Assembly: GCA_046485185.1 (NCBI GenBank)
Contig: JAWOHL010000005.1
Coordinates: forward strand, 27,605 to 91,604
Origin: Candidatus Fermentibacteraceae bacterium
Lineage (GTDB): Bacteria > Fermentibacterota > Fermentibacteria > Fermentibacterales > JCC-6
Reading direction: 5' to 3'
Length of the DNA stretch: 64,000 nucleotides
Position 1 is the first letter of the stretch, and each line of letters opens with the position of its first letter. Below, one piece after another: positions 1-9,551 of the stretch. The notes below the pieces were generated by a model, which saw only the letters and a program-made list of their open reading frames with translations, made no database searches and had not been told where the DNA came from. The position numbers and the translations under genes were made by a program.

Positions 1-672
1 GAGAACGCTGAGCCGGTCCTCGAGGTACTCCCGTGAAACCCAGATGTAGCTCATGCAAAGGGCCATCACCCCGGCGTAGTTCTCCACATCCCCGAAGAAA
101 GCCTGCATGAATCCCCCTGAGACCATCAGGAGAACGAAGAAGGGCCATCTTCTGCCGAGTTCACGGCATGCGAACAGTACCGTCACGAGAACGAAGACAA
201 ACCCCATCCCTGACGAATAAACCGAGTAGACCTTAAACGGGTTGAAACGAACGGGGTCGCCGAACGCCCGCCATATCGACCGGATGACAGAGCACGAAAG
301 CATCTCGTCCAGAGTTGCCCTGAATCCACCGCATAGAAGGTTGAACGTGTGCACCAGACCGTCATCGTTGACGAACCCGTTGGAAAGCAGCAGGAAGATG
401 ACAAAAGCCGGCAACGCCACGCCAAAGGAGTACACCGCGGCCCGCTTCAAAGGGACGGGGTCGTTGCCTGGCAACTGACGGCCCGATTTCTTCAGAAGCA
501 GCAGCCCACCGGCGAAGACCATGAAGATGCCCACCAAAGACAATGGTGCGATGTGCCTCAACTGGTTGAAACCGTAACGCGGTGATCCCGAAATGTACGC
601 GGAGTAAAGGTAGAACAGCAGCTGCAGGGCAGTCAGGACAATGATCGCAATGGTGGGGTTCCTCTGTTTCAT
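1..672 (-). CDS. polytopic membrane protein, function unknown (partial; start codon in window, gene continues past left edge)
   Basis: Manual reverse-complement translation from ATG (plus-strand CAT at 670-672) is open for 224 codons to position 1. GC3 is high. Several hydrophobic helices are present (IAIIVLTALQLLFYLY, SLVGIFMVFAGGLLLL, VALPAFVIFLLL, GMGFVFVLVTVLFA). It is absent from the ORF track only because it is truncated by the window edge. Confidence 0.5.
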   Translation of the reverse strand, partial: MKQRNPTIAIIVLTALQLLFYLYSAYISGSPRYGFNQLRHIAPLSLVGIFMVFAGGLLLLKKSGRQLPGNDPVPLKRAAVYSFGVALPAFVIFLLLSNGFVNDDGLVHTFNLLCGGFRATLDEMLSCSVIRSIWRAFGDPVRFNPFKVYSVYSSGMGFVFVLVTVLFACRELGRRWPFFVLLMVSGGFMQAFFGDVENYAGVMALCMSYIWVSREYLEDRLSVL

Positions 673-765
673 GGAGCTATACTATCTGTTCACGAGTGCA
701 TTACGCAATGTTACGGGACATGCTATTGCTGCAGCGAGAAAGCCCGTGCACGGGAGGATTCCAGA

Positions 766-2916
766 TTGAGAGAAGTGAACACCATCTGCACCACGCCTCC
801 CGGGTGCCATTGCGGATGCGGGGTGTGTCTGAGCGTTTGCGATGGCCGGGTCACCGGTGTCAGGGGAAACCCTTCCAACCCCTACAACCGGGGTTACATG
901 TGCCGCAGGGGGCTTGCGGTCACCGGCACGCTCTACAATCCCGATCGCGTGCTTCACCCCATGGTCCGCACCAGAGCGGGGGAGTGGCGAAAAGCCCCCT
1001 GGAAGGAAGCCCTCGATCGTGCAGCTGATTCCTTTCTCGATGCCCGTGACAGATTCGGACCCCGTTCGGTGCTCTTCATGAAAGGTACCGGCCGGGACAT
1101 AGGCCCCTGGCTTTCACGTCTCGCGTACGGTTTCGGAACCCCCGAGTACTACGCGCTGGGACCCGGTTCGGGTTCCGCCTGCCTGATGCCGCGGATGAGC
1201 GTATGCACTTCCCTTTTCGGGGGCTGGTTCACAGCCGACTGCTCCCAGTACTTCTCTGACAGGTACGACAATCCTTCCTGGAGGCTTCCCCGGTGCATCC
1301 TTATCTGGGGCTCCAACCCCATTGTCTCGAACCCCGACGGTTTCCTGGGGAAGTGGATCATGGACTGCATCAGGATGGGGTCGAAACTGGTTGTGGTGGA
1401 CCCCAGGAACACATGGCTCGCCGGGCGGGCCGATGTTCACCTGCGGATCAGACCCGGTACCGACGGCGCCCTTGCCATGGCTTTTCTCAACAGGATGCAG
1501 GCCACCGGGAACTGGGACCACGATTTCACGCGCAAATGGGTAAGCGGTTGGGAAGAGGCTTTTCTGGCCTCCTCATCCTGGAGCCCCGAAGCGGCTTCCC
1601 GGGAGTGCGGCATTCCCTCTGAAACCATTGTCCGGGGGGCCGACCTCTGGCTGAATGCTTCACCGGCGGCGCTTCAATGGGGCGTTTCGGTTGACATGAG
1701 CGCTTCGGCGCTGGGTACGGCCCACGCCCTCGCCTCCCTTGTCGCCCTGTCTGGAAACCTGGATGTGCCGGGAGGGTGCGTTGTGGTTTCTGACCCCTTC
1801 GGGATACCCAGAAGGGGAGGCCTGGAAGCCCCCCCCGGGAAGACGGGCGCATCGCTTTACCCCATGACCACAATGGGTTACCCCTACGCCAGTTCTGATG
1901 TCCTTCTCGACGAGATGGAGGCGGGTAGGCATGTCGCCTGCGCCTGGGTGCAGGGTTCCGGGACCGTGGTGAACGGTTTCGCGGCGCCTGACAGGGCCGC
2001 ACGGCTTCTGTCGGGCATCGGCGAGGTGGTGGTCTGCGACCTTTTCATGACGACCACCGCCGAGCAGTTCGGAACGGTTTTCCTGCCTGTGGCCTGCTAC
2101 CCTGAGCGCAACGGCATTCGCAACTGGTGGTACCAGCTTGCTGCCGTGAACAAGGCCGTTCAGCCGTTGGGTGAGACCCGAAGCGACATGGAGATCGTTC
2201 TGGGTTTCGGCCGAAGGGTCGCACCTGAGCACTTTCCATGGACCGACGTCGAAGGCTGGTTCGACCATGTCCTTGAACCGTCGGGGATGAGTTGGAAGGA
2301 GCTTTCGGAAAGGGGATGGGTGATGCCCGGGATCATGTACAGCAAGCATGAATCGGGTCTCTCCAGGTCTGACAGGGAACCGGGGTTCCCGACCCCTTCG
2401 GGGAAGGTCGAGCTGCAGCCGATGATAATGGAGACGGCCGGTCTGCTTCCGGCCCCATGGTACGTGCCCCCTCCGGCTCTTTCCGAAGCACATCCGCTTA
2501 CGCTCTCAACAGGCGCCAGATCACCATTCTTCTTCCATTCCGAGCACAGGAACGTGAAGTGCCTTCTTGAAAGGAACCCTCTGCCGTTTGTGGAGGTAAA
2601 CCCTGTTGACGCCATGACCAGCGGCGTTCGCGAGGGGGAGTGGGTAACCCTGTCGTCACCCTGGGGAAGTTGCGGAAGGGTGGTCAGCATCACCGGGACC
2701 GTCCCGCCGGGCACCCTGATGGCACAGCACGGATGGTGGCCCCCCGGGCTGCCCGAGGCGACCGGCCGCCTCCTGAACATCAACAACCTGCTGCCCGCGG
2801 GCATGCAGGGCAGGGGCGGGCTGGGTTACCCGTTCAGGTGCATTCCCTGCGGCATCTCGCCCGGCCCGGCGCTTCTTCCGGTCAAAGAACCCCATGAAGG
2901 GAAAAACGGCGATTGA
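766..2916 (+). CDS. molybdopterin (Mo/W-bis-PGD) oxidoreductase catalytic subunit, MopB superfamily
   Basis: 716 aa. The N-terminal Cys cluster CHCGCGVCLSVC...GYMCRRG is the typical 4Fe-4S motif of formate-dehydrogenase/DMSO-reductase-like enzymes. SD GGGAGGA lies about 8 nt upstream of a TTG start. There is no twin-arginine signal, so it is probably cytoplasmic. Confidence 0.8.
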   Translation: MREVNTICTTPPGCHCGCGVCLSVCDGRVTGVRGNPSNPYNRGYMCRRGLAVTGTLYNPDRVLHPMVRTRAGEWRKAPWKEALDRAADSFLDARDRFGPRSVLFMKGTGRDIGPWLSRLAYGFGTPEYYALGPGSGSACLMPRMSVCTSLFGGWFTADCSQYFSDRYDNPSWRLPRCILIWGSNPIVSNPDGFLGKWIMDCIRMGSKLVVVDPRNTWLAGRADVHLRIRPGTDGALAMAFLNRMQATGNWDHDFTRKWVSGWEEAFLASSSWSPEAASRECGIPSETIVRGADLWLNASPAALQWGVSVDMSASALGTAHALASLVALSGNLDVPGGCVVVSDPFGIPRRGGLEAPPGKTGASLYPMTTMGYPYASSDVLLDEMEAGRHVACAWVQGSGTVVNGFAAPDRAARLLSGIGEVVVCDLFMTTTAEQFGTVFLPVACYPERNGIRNWWYQLAAVNKAVQPLGETRSDMEIVLGFGRRVAPEHFPWTDVEGWFDHVLEPSGMSWKELSERGWVMPGIMYSKHESGLSRSDREPGFPTPSGKVELQPMIMETAGLLPAPWYVPPPALSEAHPLTLSTGARSPFFFHSEHRNVKCLLERNPLPFVEVNPVDAMTSGVREGEWVTLSSPWGSCGRVVSITGTVPPGTLMAQHGWWPPGLPEATGRLLNINNLLPAGMQGRGGLGYPFRCIPCGISPGPALLPVKEPHEGKNGD

Positions 2917-3686
2917 ACATGCGTGGGGATGGTCTTTCGGGCTTCATGGAGTCCGTGCCGCAAAGGCTCGGGTTTCGCACTGCGGGACTCGGTGGAGTTC
3001 CGCTGGAAGAAGCCCTTGGCATGATCGCCGCAGCGGGGTACGCCCTGGTCGAGTTCTGCATGGAGCATCGGGATGCCTTGTCCTACAGTGGGAGCCTGTC
3101 CGGGCTTGGATTGTCGTCCGTGAGCTATCACGGGAAGAAAGACTCTCCGGATGTCCGTGAGAGAATGATCGATTCAGCAATCCGGAAAGCAGTCGAGCTC
3201 GGAGCCGGAGTTCTGGTCCTCGGTTCTCCCTTGAGTTGTCTTTGCAGCCGTGAGGCTTTCTTCGAGGAGTGCTTCAGAACGATGGATATGCTTCCCAAAA
3301 GCATACGACCCGCCTGGGAGCCCGAGCCGGGAACAGTTCTGAAAGATCTTGAGGCCTTTGGGGAACTTGCGGATCACCTGGGTGCAAAAGCCGGGCTCAA
3401 TCTCGATTTCGGGCACGCCTTTCTTGATGAATTGAGCCCTCCCGAGGCAGTGAAGTCATACGGAGACAGGATCCTGCACACGCACATCGAAGACATGGTT
3501 TGCGGGGTTCACAAGCACCTCATTCCCGGCCGGGGAGACTTTCCCTGGAAGGCCATGTTGCCGGCACTTGACGGGATACCTTATTCCGGACCACTTGTTG
3601 TTGACCTTTTCGAGCTTCCAGACGCTCCCGCGTCATATGTTAGGGCATCTTATGATGGAGTTCTCCGCGAACTGGGGGCTATATGA
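2913..3686 (+). CDS. sugar-phosphate isomerase/epimerase-like TIM-barrel protein (xylose-isomerase-like fold)
   Basis: 257 aa. HTHIED-type metal-binding motif and ELGAGVLVLG pattern. Its start overlaps the upstream stop by 4 nt (translational coupling). Confidence 0.6.
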   Translation: MNMRGDGLSGFMESVPQRLGFRTAGLGGVPLEEALGMIAAAGYALVEFCMEHRDALSYSGSLSGLGLSSVSYHGKKDSPDVRERMIDSAIRKAVELGAGVLVLGSPLSCLCSREAFFEECFRTMDMLPKSIRPAWEPEPGTVLKDLEAFGELADHLGAKAGLNLDFGHAFLDELSPPEAVKSYGDRILHTHIEDMVCGVHKHLIPGRGDFPWKAMLPALDGIPYSGPLVVDLFELPDAPASYVRASYDGVLRELGAI

Positions 3687-4717
3687 AGGCAAAGGGTTAT
3701 TCCATAGGGGTTGGCCTCACCTCCGCGTGTCCTTTCTCATGCAGTCACTGCTATTCGGGGGCCGGAAAGAATCCCGTGGATCTCGACCCATCAAGGTTGT
3801 TCCGCTTCATGGACAGCTTTCCGGCTTCGGCAATAAATCTCGGGACCGGTGAATCGTGCATGCACCCGCAGTTTCTGCCCGTTGTGAACGAAATCCTCGA
3901 TCGTGGGGTTCCTCTGGCGCTGACAACGGCTGGCCCCAGCCTTTCAGCGCTGCCCGACAGAATTCTGGAAAGACTGCATGATGTTGACCTGTCTCTCGAT
4001 TACCCCGTGGCTGAGCTTCATGACGCGGTGAGGGCGCCGGGTGCTTTCGGCATGGTCCTCGATGGAGTCCGGCGCTGCAGGGAGCTCGGGGTTACGGTTT
4101 CGCTGGCCATGTGCCTCATGAAGAGCAATGCGGAACACATGGAGGGGATGTGCCGTTTGGCCCGCGGTCTTGGCGTATCCCTCCGGGTCAACGTTTACAA
4201 GCCAGTTTTCAGCAATGATCCAAAACCTTCCTACAACGTGTTCTGGAACTCGGTTTCAACCCTTTTCAGTGAGACCGAAGTGGTTTCCTGCTCCGAACCC
4301 GTGGTGAATGCCGCACTGGCGTACCACGGCAACCCCTGTTCCTCCTCGGGGTCACCATGCGGGATCCACGGTTTTCGGGTCTCCCCGTTGGGAGAGGTTC
4401 TGCCCTGCGTCTACTGGGGACCCACGGGGATCAGCATGGAGCGGATCATCGACGAACCCGGCCTTCTGGAAGTGTGCGGAGGGATGTGTCACGGTGCAGC
4501 GCTGCCCGGCGACTGCTCGGACTGCCCCTGGAAAGGCTTCTGTACGGGAGGGTGCGCCGGAAGAAGGTATTACACCGGGCTTTCCGGCCCGGACGAGTAC
4601 TGCTTTCATCTTAGGGGCGTTCGTCCCCCCGAACTGGAACTTGCACCGGGAACCGGTGAAGGCTTCATCCACTCCGGGTATCTGTGCACGATGATCGGCC
4701 GACCAATTGGAAGCTGA
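3683..4717 (+). CDS. radical SAM enzyme with C-terminal SPASM domain (1 of 3 tandem)
   Basis: CPFSCSHC is a CX3CX2C motif. A GGEP-like region follows. C-terminal Cys-rich SPASM segment (CVYWG...CGGMC...CSDCPWKGFCTGGCAG). Overlaps upstream stop by 4 nt. Confidence 0.85.
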   Translation: MKAKGYSIGVGLTSACPFSCSHCYSGAGKNPVDLDPSRLFRFMDSFPASAINLGTGESCMHPQFLPVVNEILDRGVPLALTTAGPSLSALPDRILERLHDVDLSLDYPVAELHDAVRAPGAFGMVLDGVRRCRELGVTVSLAMCLMKSNAEHMEGMCRLARGLGVSLRVNVYKPVFSNDPKPSYNVFWNSVSTLFSETEVVSCSEPVVNAALAYHGNPCSSSGSPCGIHGFRVSPLGEVLPCVYWGPTGISMERIIDEPGLLEVCGGMCHGAALPGDCSDCPWKGFCTGGCAGRRYYTGLSGPDEYCFHLRGVRPPELELAPGTGEGFIHSGYLCTMIGRPIGS

Positions 4718-6023
4718 TGGTTTTCTTCACCGGTTCGTTTCCCCCGGGGGGGTGAGCGCTGTTTTCAACGCGCTCACGCTTGAGATCACAACGAATCCCC
4801 GGTTCGTGTCGCCCTTCGATCCTGAAACCGTTCTGGAGGGCTACAGGAGCTTCTGTTCATCTCCTTCAGTCACCATGGCGACTTTTTTCGTAACGGGAGA
4901 CTGTCCCCGAAAGTGTGGCTACTGTTTTGTGCCCCGCACACTGGGAACCATGACCGAAACCGAGGTCGATCACGGGCTTGCATTGCTTTCCGACCTTGCA
5001 CCGGGAAAAGCGGACGTACTCATTTACGGCGGTGAGCCGCTTCTCAAGCCTGAGATCGTGTTACGGATAATCCGTGGATCGGGGGATGACCGCAATCTGT
5101 GTCTGGCCACGGGCGGATGGGACCTTTCCCGGGATGTGGCCCATGCAATGGCGGAACGCAACGGCTTCGTGATAGTCAGCATCGACGGCGCAAGGGACGT
5201 TCACAACGATCTGCGACCTCTTTCGGAAGGTGATTCGTACGATTCCGCGGTGAAAACATTCCACGCCTTCCGTGACGCCGGTTGCCGGGTGGGGCTCAGT
5301 TTGACGGTCACGAAGGGGAATGCCCGCAGGGTCAGGGATGATTTCGGCTATCTGATGGAGACCCTGAGGCCTGATGACATGGGGTTGAACGCATGGATGC
5401 ATCCAAGGCCGGGTCTCGGTTCGAACCCTTTCGAAGCTCGCTGGGAGGATGTTTTCGAAGCCGTTACAGCCTCTCTCTCCGATGCCCTGGCAGCAGGGAT
5501 GTACGTTGAACAGCTCTTTCGGCGGCTCAGACCTCTCGTCACCCGCGCTCCAAGGCTAAGGGACTGTCCATCCAGGGGTGGCAGGCTCGTTTTCGTTCCC
5601 GGCGGCGGAGTGAGCCCGTGTGACTGCATGGCGGCTGCGGGAGTCAATACTGTTCGTGACCGGGAAGGCATTAAAAAGCTGCTTTTCGACTTTTCCACGC
5701 TCGTTCCCGTTTTCAGGGAAGGGTGCCTTTCCTGCCCCTGCGTTGCCCTCTGCGGCGGCGGGTGCCTTTACGACGCCCTTGCGTGTACCGGCTGCATTTC
5801 CGGTGTCCGCCAGGAAAGGTGCAGTTACGAGAGGGCCCTTCTCGGTTGGATGGTGGGCACCATCCTTGATAATCAACCCCGGGACAGGGCACCCGGGGTC
5901 CTGTCCATCGGGGAGATGACAGGCTTCCTCCCTGATGGAATCCTCGAAAAGGCCCGGATGCCGCAACCCGAGGCCATGCTTGGGGGGGAGATGATATGCC
6001 TGAAACGGGATGGGTCGAACTGA
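4707..6023 (+). CDS. radical SAM enzyme with SPASM domain (2 of 3 tandem)
   Basis: CPRKCGYC is a CX3CX2C motif. YGGEPLL. C-terminal CLSCPCVALCGGGC SPASM signature. Overlaps neighbours at both ends. Confidence 0.85.
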   Translation: MEADGFLHRFVSPGGVSAVFNALTLEITTNPRFVSPFDPETVLEGYRSFCSSPSVTMATFFVTGDCPRKCGYCFVPRTLGTMTETEVDHGLALLSDLAPGKADVLIYGGEPLLKPEIVLRIIRGSGDDRNLCLATGGWDLSRDVAHAMAERNGFVIVSIDGARDVHNDLRPLSEGDSYDSAVKTFHAFRDAGCRVGLSLTVTKGNARRVRDDFGYLMETLRPDDMGLNAWMHPRPGLGSNPFEARWEDVFEAVTASLSDALAAGMYVEQLFRRLRPLVTRAPRLRDCPSRGGRLVFVPGGGVSPCDCMAAAGVNTVRDREGIKKLLFDFSTLVPVFREGCLSCPCVALCGGGCLYDALACTGCISGVRQERCSYERALLGWMVGTILDNQPRDRAPGVLSIGEMTGFLPDGILEKARMPQPEAMLGGEMICLKRDGSN

Positions 6024-7171
6024 GGCACAACTGTTTTGTGAACCCTTTCTCAATCGAGTTCTTCTTTGGAGGGTCCCCCCCGGCGGACGGGCCTGTCTCA
6101 CCGCCACCCGAGCCGTCGCTTCGGCTCAGGGCGGTACAGGCGGTCGTAACGGGGAGATGCAACCTGATGTGTTCGTACTGCAGCGCCAGGATAGCGGGGG
6201 GGTTCAAGGGTGACATGGATCACGCCACCCTCGATGCGGTACTCTCACACTCCGATCCCGATTCTTTGCTTCTCGTGACCGGGGGCGAGCCTCTTCTGCA
6301 CCCAAAGGCCGTCAGAACGCTGATCCGGGGCTGGAGCGGGCAGTCCGTTCTTTTCACCAATGGCGCCCTTCTCGACAGAAGGACAGCCCTCTTTCTGAAG
6401 GAACACGGTACGGCGCTGGTCGTCTCGATGGATGGCTTCGAAAGTGAACACAACCGCTTCAGGGGCGATTCCTGGAAGGCCGCAGCGGCAGCCCTCGATC
6501 TGGCGCGTGAAACGGGTTTGCCCGCCGGGATCTCACTGGTCGCGGGGTCGCATAACGCCGGGTCGCTTCCGGAAAGCCTCTACGGGCTTCTTAAGAGATT
6601 CAAGCCAGCAAGTTTCGGGGTCAACATACAGCACTACACCCCCGATGCTTTCTCTCCCATCAGCGCCGATGAGTATTCTCGGATAATCCTCGGTGCGTAC
6701 AGGTTCAGCCTGGAAACGGGTGTGTTCGTCGACCAGGTTGCCAGGAGGCTGCTGCCCATCGTTACAGGGCATTTCCGGCACAGGGACTGCGCTGCCCAGG
6801 GTGGGAAGATCGTTTTCCGACCGGATGGCTCCGCCAGCAGTTGTGTTAACACAAGGGGAATCGAGCAGTGGGGAAACAGAAATCCGGTTAACTACCCGGT
6901 TTGCGCGGGTTGCCCTGCGCTTGGCGTCTGCGGCGGAGGGTGTACCTGGGACGGTATTCACCTGACCTCCGATGGTTGTGGCCCGGACCCCAGGAACTGC
7001 GTCTGGACACTCGATCTTCTCAGGGCTGTTTCCGAAACCGTTGAGGAGAGGCTTCCCCGTTCCGTCGCGCGACCGTCCCGCAGTTTCCTTGCCTCACTCT
7101 TCGAAAACCTCTGCAGAAGGGCTGGCGCGCCACTTGCGCAGTCGCTCGGACACGGGGAGGAAGACCGGTGA
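5996..7171 (+). CDS. radical SAM enzyme with SPASM domain (3 of 3 tandem)
   Basis: CNLMCSYC is a CX3CX2C motif. TGGEPLL. C-terminal CAGCPALGVCGGGC SPASM signature. Confidence 0.85.
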   Translation: MPETGWVELRHNCFVNPFSIEFFFGGSPPADGPVSPPPEPSLRLRAVQAVVTGRCNLMCSYCSARIAGGFKGDMDHATLDAVLSHSDPDSLLLVTGGEPLLHPKAVRTLIRGWSGQSVLFTNGALLDRRTALFLKEHGTALVVSMDGFESEHNRFRGDSWKAAAAALDLARETGLPAGISLVAGSHNAGSLPESLYGLLKRFKPASFGVNIQHYTPDAFSPISADEYSRIILGAYRFSLETGVFVDQVARRLLPIVTGHFRHRDCAAQGGKIVFRPDGSASSCVNTRGIEQWGNRNPVNYPVCAGCPALGVCGGGCTWDGIHLTSDGCGPDPRNCVWTLDLLRAVSETVEERLPRSVARPSRSFLASLFENLCRRAGAPLAQSLGHGEEDR

Positions 7172-7779
7172 AAGGCTGGAGCAGGGAGAAGGCGGCGGCT
7201 TACTCCGAGGGAAGGCGCCCTTCCCCGGCTGACGATTGTGTGGTTGACACCCTTCTGGGGAGGGAACGCATTCTGGAGCTTGGGTGCGGCCCGGCACTGG
7301 TATCCGGCAGGCTATCTGCTTCGCAACTGGTGTGTACCGACATTACCGAGGCCTTTCTACCGGTGGCAAGAGTTAACGCACCTGCGTCAACAGTTTTGTG
7401 CGCTGATCCGGTGAAGCTTCCCTTCAGACTCGGGGTGTTCGACACGGTTCTTGCCATGGCCGTCCTTCATCACCTGGAAAGGTCGGACCTTGATGCGGCG
7501 CTCCAGGAATCCCATCGGGTTCTGAACCCCAGGGGCTGGTTCCTGCTCCTCGAGGACTGGTCTTTCACCGATCCCACTCCGGTCGAAATGGAAGCGAAGC
7601 AGGCTCGTTTTGAAAAAGGTCACGACGAGTTCCACCTGACCTGGGCCGAATGGGACGAAGTCTTTAGGAACTCGGGATTCGTGCTTCTGAAACGGCAGTG
7701 GCCCGAAAGGTTTTTTGGTGATCCCTCCGAAAAAAGAAGGGTGCGGATGATGGCTGCCCTTTATTCAAGGCTTCCCTGA
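7168..7779 (+). CDS. class I SAM-dependent methyltransferase
   Basis: ILELGCGPA is the glycine-rich motif I. About 200 aa Rossmann-like pattern. ATGA overlap with upstream gene. Confidence 0.7.
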   Translation: MKGWSREKAAAYSEGRRPSPADDCVVDTLLGRERILELGCGPALVSGRLSASQLVCTDITEAFLPVARVNAPASTVLCADPVKLPFRLGVFDTVLAMAVLHHLERSDLDAALQESHRVLNPRGWFLLLEDWSFTDPTPVEMEAKQARFEKGHDEFHLTWAEWDEVFRNSGFVLLKRQWPERFFGDPSEKRRVRMMAALYSRLP

Positions 7780-7823
7780 AGACACTTCTCGTTCAGTCAT
7801 GGCTGGGAAGAGCCCAGCATCCG

Positions 7824-8921
7824 GTGGCGCCTCTGGGATTGCTGTCCGTGGCATCGTCCATGCCGGGCGGTGTGGAAATAGTTGACCTGAACGTCTGCAA
7901 TGATCCCCTCCGCATGCTCTCAGAGAAGCTTGATTCCCTGAAACCAGATGTGGTGGGTATCTCCCTTCGAAATGCCGACACAACTAACGCTTTCGATCCG
8001 TACAGCTATCTCCCCGCTTTTCTTTTGCAGCTGCGCATCGTTGCCGAAAGGGCTCCACGGGCGGAGATTCGCGCTGGAGGGGCTGGTTACAGCCTCTTCC
8101 ACCGGGAACTGGAGGCCGAAGCGCGTGTGATCAGCGAGGGAACCGTTGGCCATCATGAAAACAGCATTCCATTGCCCTCCTGGGACCTGATCGACCTTGA
8201 GCCCTACCTTCCGTTCCAGAAAAACCTGTCCATTGGTGTGGAAGTCAGCCGGGGCTGCGATCTCAATTGCTCATACTGTGTCTACCCGTCACTTTCCGGG
8301 GTGCGCAAGCAGGACAAACCGCCGGAAGACATCCGCTCCGAAGTGCTTATGCTGAGGGCCAGGGGAGTGAGGCATCTGTTCCTGTGCGCTCCCGTTCTGA
8401 ACCACAGACCCGGAAGAGGCGAGGAAGTGGCGCAAGCAATGGCCGGAACGGGTGTGACCTGGGAGGCTTACCACTCCCCGCTGGGTTTTTCAGAAAGCTA
8501 CGCAAGCCTTGCCCGGGAATCGGGTTGCACCGCGATCAGTTTCAGCCCTGACGGCGGTAGTGATTTCGACATGAAGGCCCTCGGGAAAGACTTCACAACC
8601 CGGGATGTAAGGATTGCGGTCGGAAATGCATCGCGGGAAGGTCTTAAAGTGTACATAAGCCTGTTCCCATACCTTCCCTGGTCATCACCTGTGGCCATGA
8701 GCAGGGCGTTCATTTCGGGAAGGAGGTGGGGAAAAGTGGCCGGGGCCGGTCTCGCCAGGTTGCGCTTCGGCGCCGTGCGAAGGCTTCCTGGAAGCGCGTT
8801 CGGTCCGGGCAAACCGGCGCTTCACGGTGCTGTTCCCCCAGGTGAGTTCGTTCTGCCCCAAAGGCCCTGGATGACCCTTTTCAGGTTCTTCAGGGCGGCA
8901 TTTGAAAAGCGTCCGGGTTGA
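7824..8921 (+). CDS. cobalamin (B12)-binding-domain radical SAM protein
   Basis: N-terminal B12-binding-like region (VEIVDLNV...PDVVGISL) followed by CDLNCSYC (CX3CX2C). The first in-frame start after the upstream stop is GTG at 7824, so the N-terminus may be slightly short. Confidence 0.7.
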   Translation: MAPLGLLSVASSMPGGVEIVDLNVCNDPLRMLSEKLDSLKPDVVGISLRNADTTNAFDPYSYLPAFLLQLRIVAERAPRAEIRAGGAGYSLFHRELEAEARVISEGTVGHHENSIPLPSWDLIDLEPYLPFQKNLSIGVEVSRGCDLNCSYCVYPSLSGVRKQDKPPEDIRSEVLMLRARGVRHLFLCAPVLNHRPGRGEEVAQAMAGTGVTWEAYHSPLGFSESYASLARESGCTAISFSPDGGSDFDMKALGKDFTTRDVRIAVGNASREGLKVYISLFPYLPWSSPVAMSRAFISGRRWGKVAGAGLARLRFGAVRRLPGSAFGPGKPALHGAVPPGEFVLPQRPWMTLFRFFRAAFEKRPG

Positions 8922-9417
8922 TTCCCATGCCGGGTTCTTCCATTCTGGATACCAGAACTCCCGCAAACTCCGAGTCCCTTTTCATAACCTGTCTGATCCC
9001 CGCCTTCCCCGACCATGCAAGCCGCAGGGTAGCAACAACTGTTCCGGTGGAGAGGACAGTCAGTTCGCCGGGTGTACCGTATATCGGAAGAAGATCGAGT
9101 GGAAATGCGAACGGGGCGCACGAGCTGAATAGGTGGCCACCGCGAAGGGTGTAAAGGAAGTAGGGAAGTCTTGCCTCTACTATGGTTTCGAACCTTATTG
9201 TGTGAAATGCGCTGCCGCCGTCCCTGAAGGCCCCCGCCCAAAGCTTTTTTCCGGATATGACAGTGAAGGAACTTTCGATGGGCTTTTCCCTGCGTATGGA
9301 AAGGGGGGAAACTGGAAACTGCGTCTCCCAATTCATCGTTCCTTCGGGCATCCTTACTTCTGTGACGTCCCTTTCTTCTCTTGTTCCCACCATTGGACCC
9401 TCCCTTGATGTCACCAT
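8890..9417 (-). CDS. hypothetical protein (atypical lower-GC composition)
   Basis: 175-aa ORF convergent with the B12-rSAM gene and divergent from the NTP-transferase, sharing an AT-richer 130-nt intergenic region. Sequence is protein-like, but GC3 is lower than in neighbouring genes, and an overlapping + strand 91-aa ORF competes. Confidence 0.35.
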   Translation of the reverse strand: MVTSREGPMVGTREERDVTEVRMPEGTMNWETQFPVSPLSIRREKPIESSFTVISGKKLWAGAFRDGGSAFHTIRFETIVEARLPYFLYTLRGGHLFSSCAPFAFPLDLLPIYGTPGELTVLSTGTVVATLRLAWSGKAGIRQVMKRDSEFAGVLVSRMEEPGMGINPDAFQMPP

Positions 9418-9551
9418 GATGGGGCGGTTCTGTTAAGGCTGTGTTTCCCGTTTGTGAATTGACTTTCACGCAGGCTGTTCCTTATTGTCATTAAGAAGAA
9501 GCCCTGTGCTCGTAGATCTGGACCATCCACTCTCTAAGTATCGATTGGAAA

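Noticed and set aside
1114-2897. Multiple 60-277-aa ORFs on the minus strand and alternative + frames inside the MopB gene
   Set aside because: All overlap a well-supported 716-aa MopB CDS, have Arg/Pro/Gly-rich low-complexity translations typical of GC-rich antisense frames, and lack motifs.
8822-9469. 215-aa minus-strand ORF, and 76-91-aa + strand ORFs, in the 8.9-9.4 kb region
   Set aside because: Highly basic low-complexity translations (KRRKGRHRSK...). They compete with the more protein-like 175-aa frame. None is convincing enough to call.
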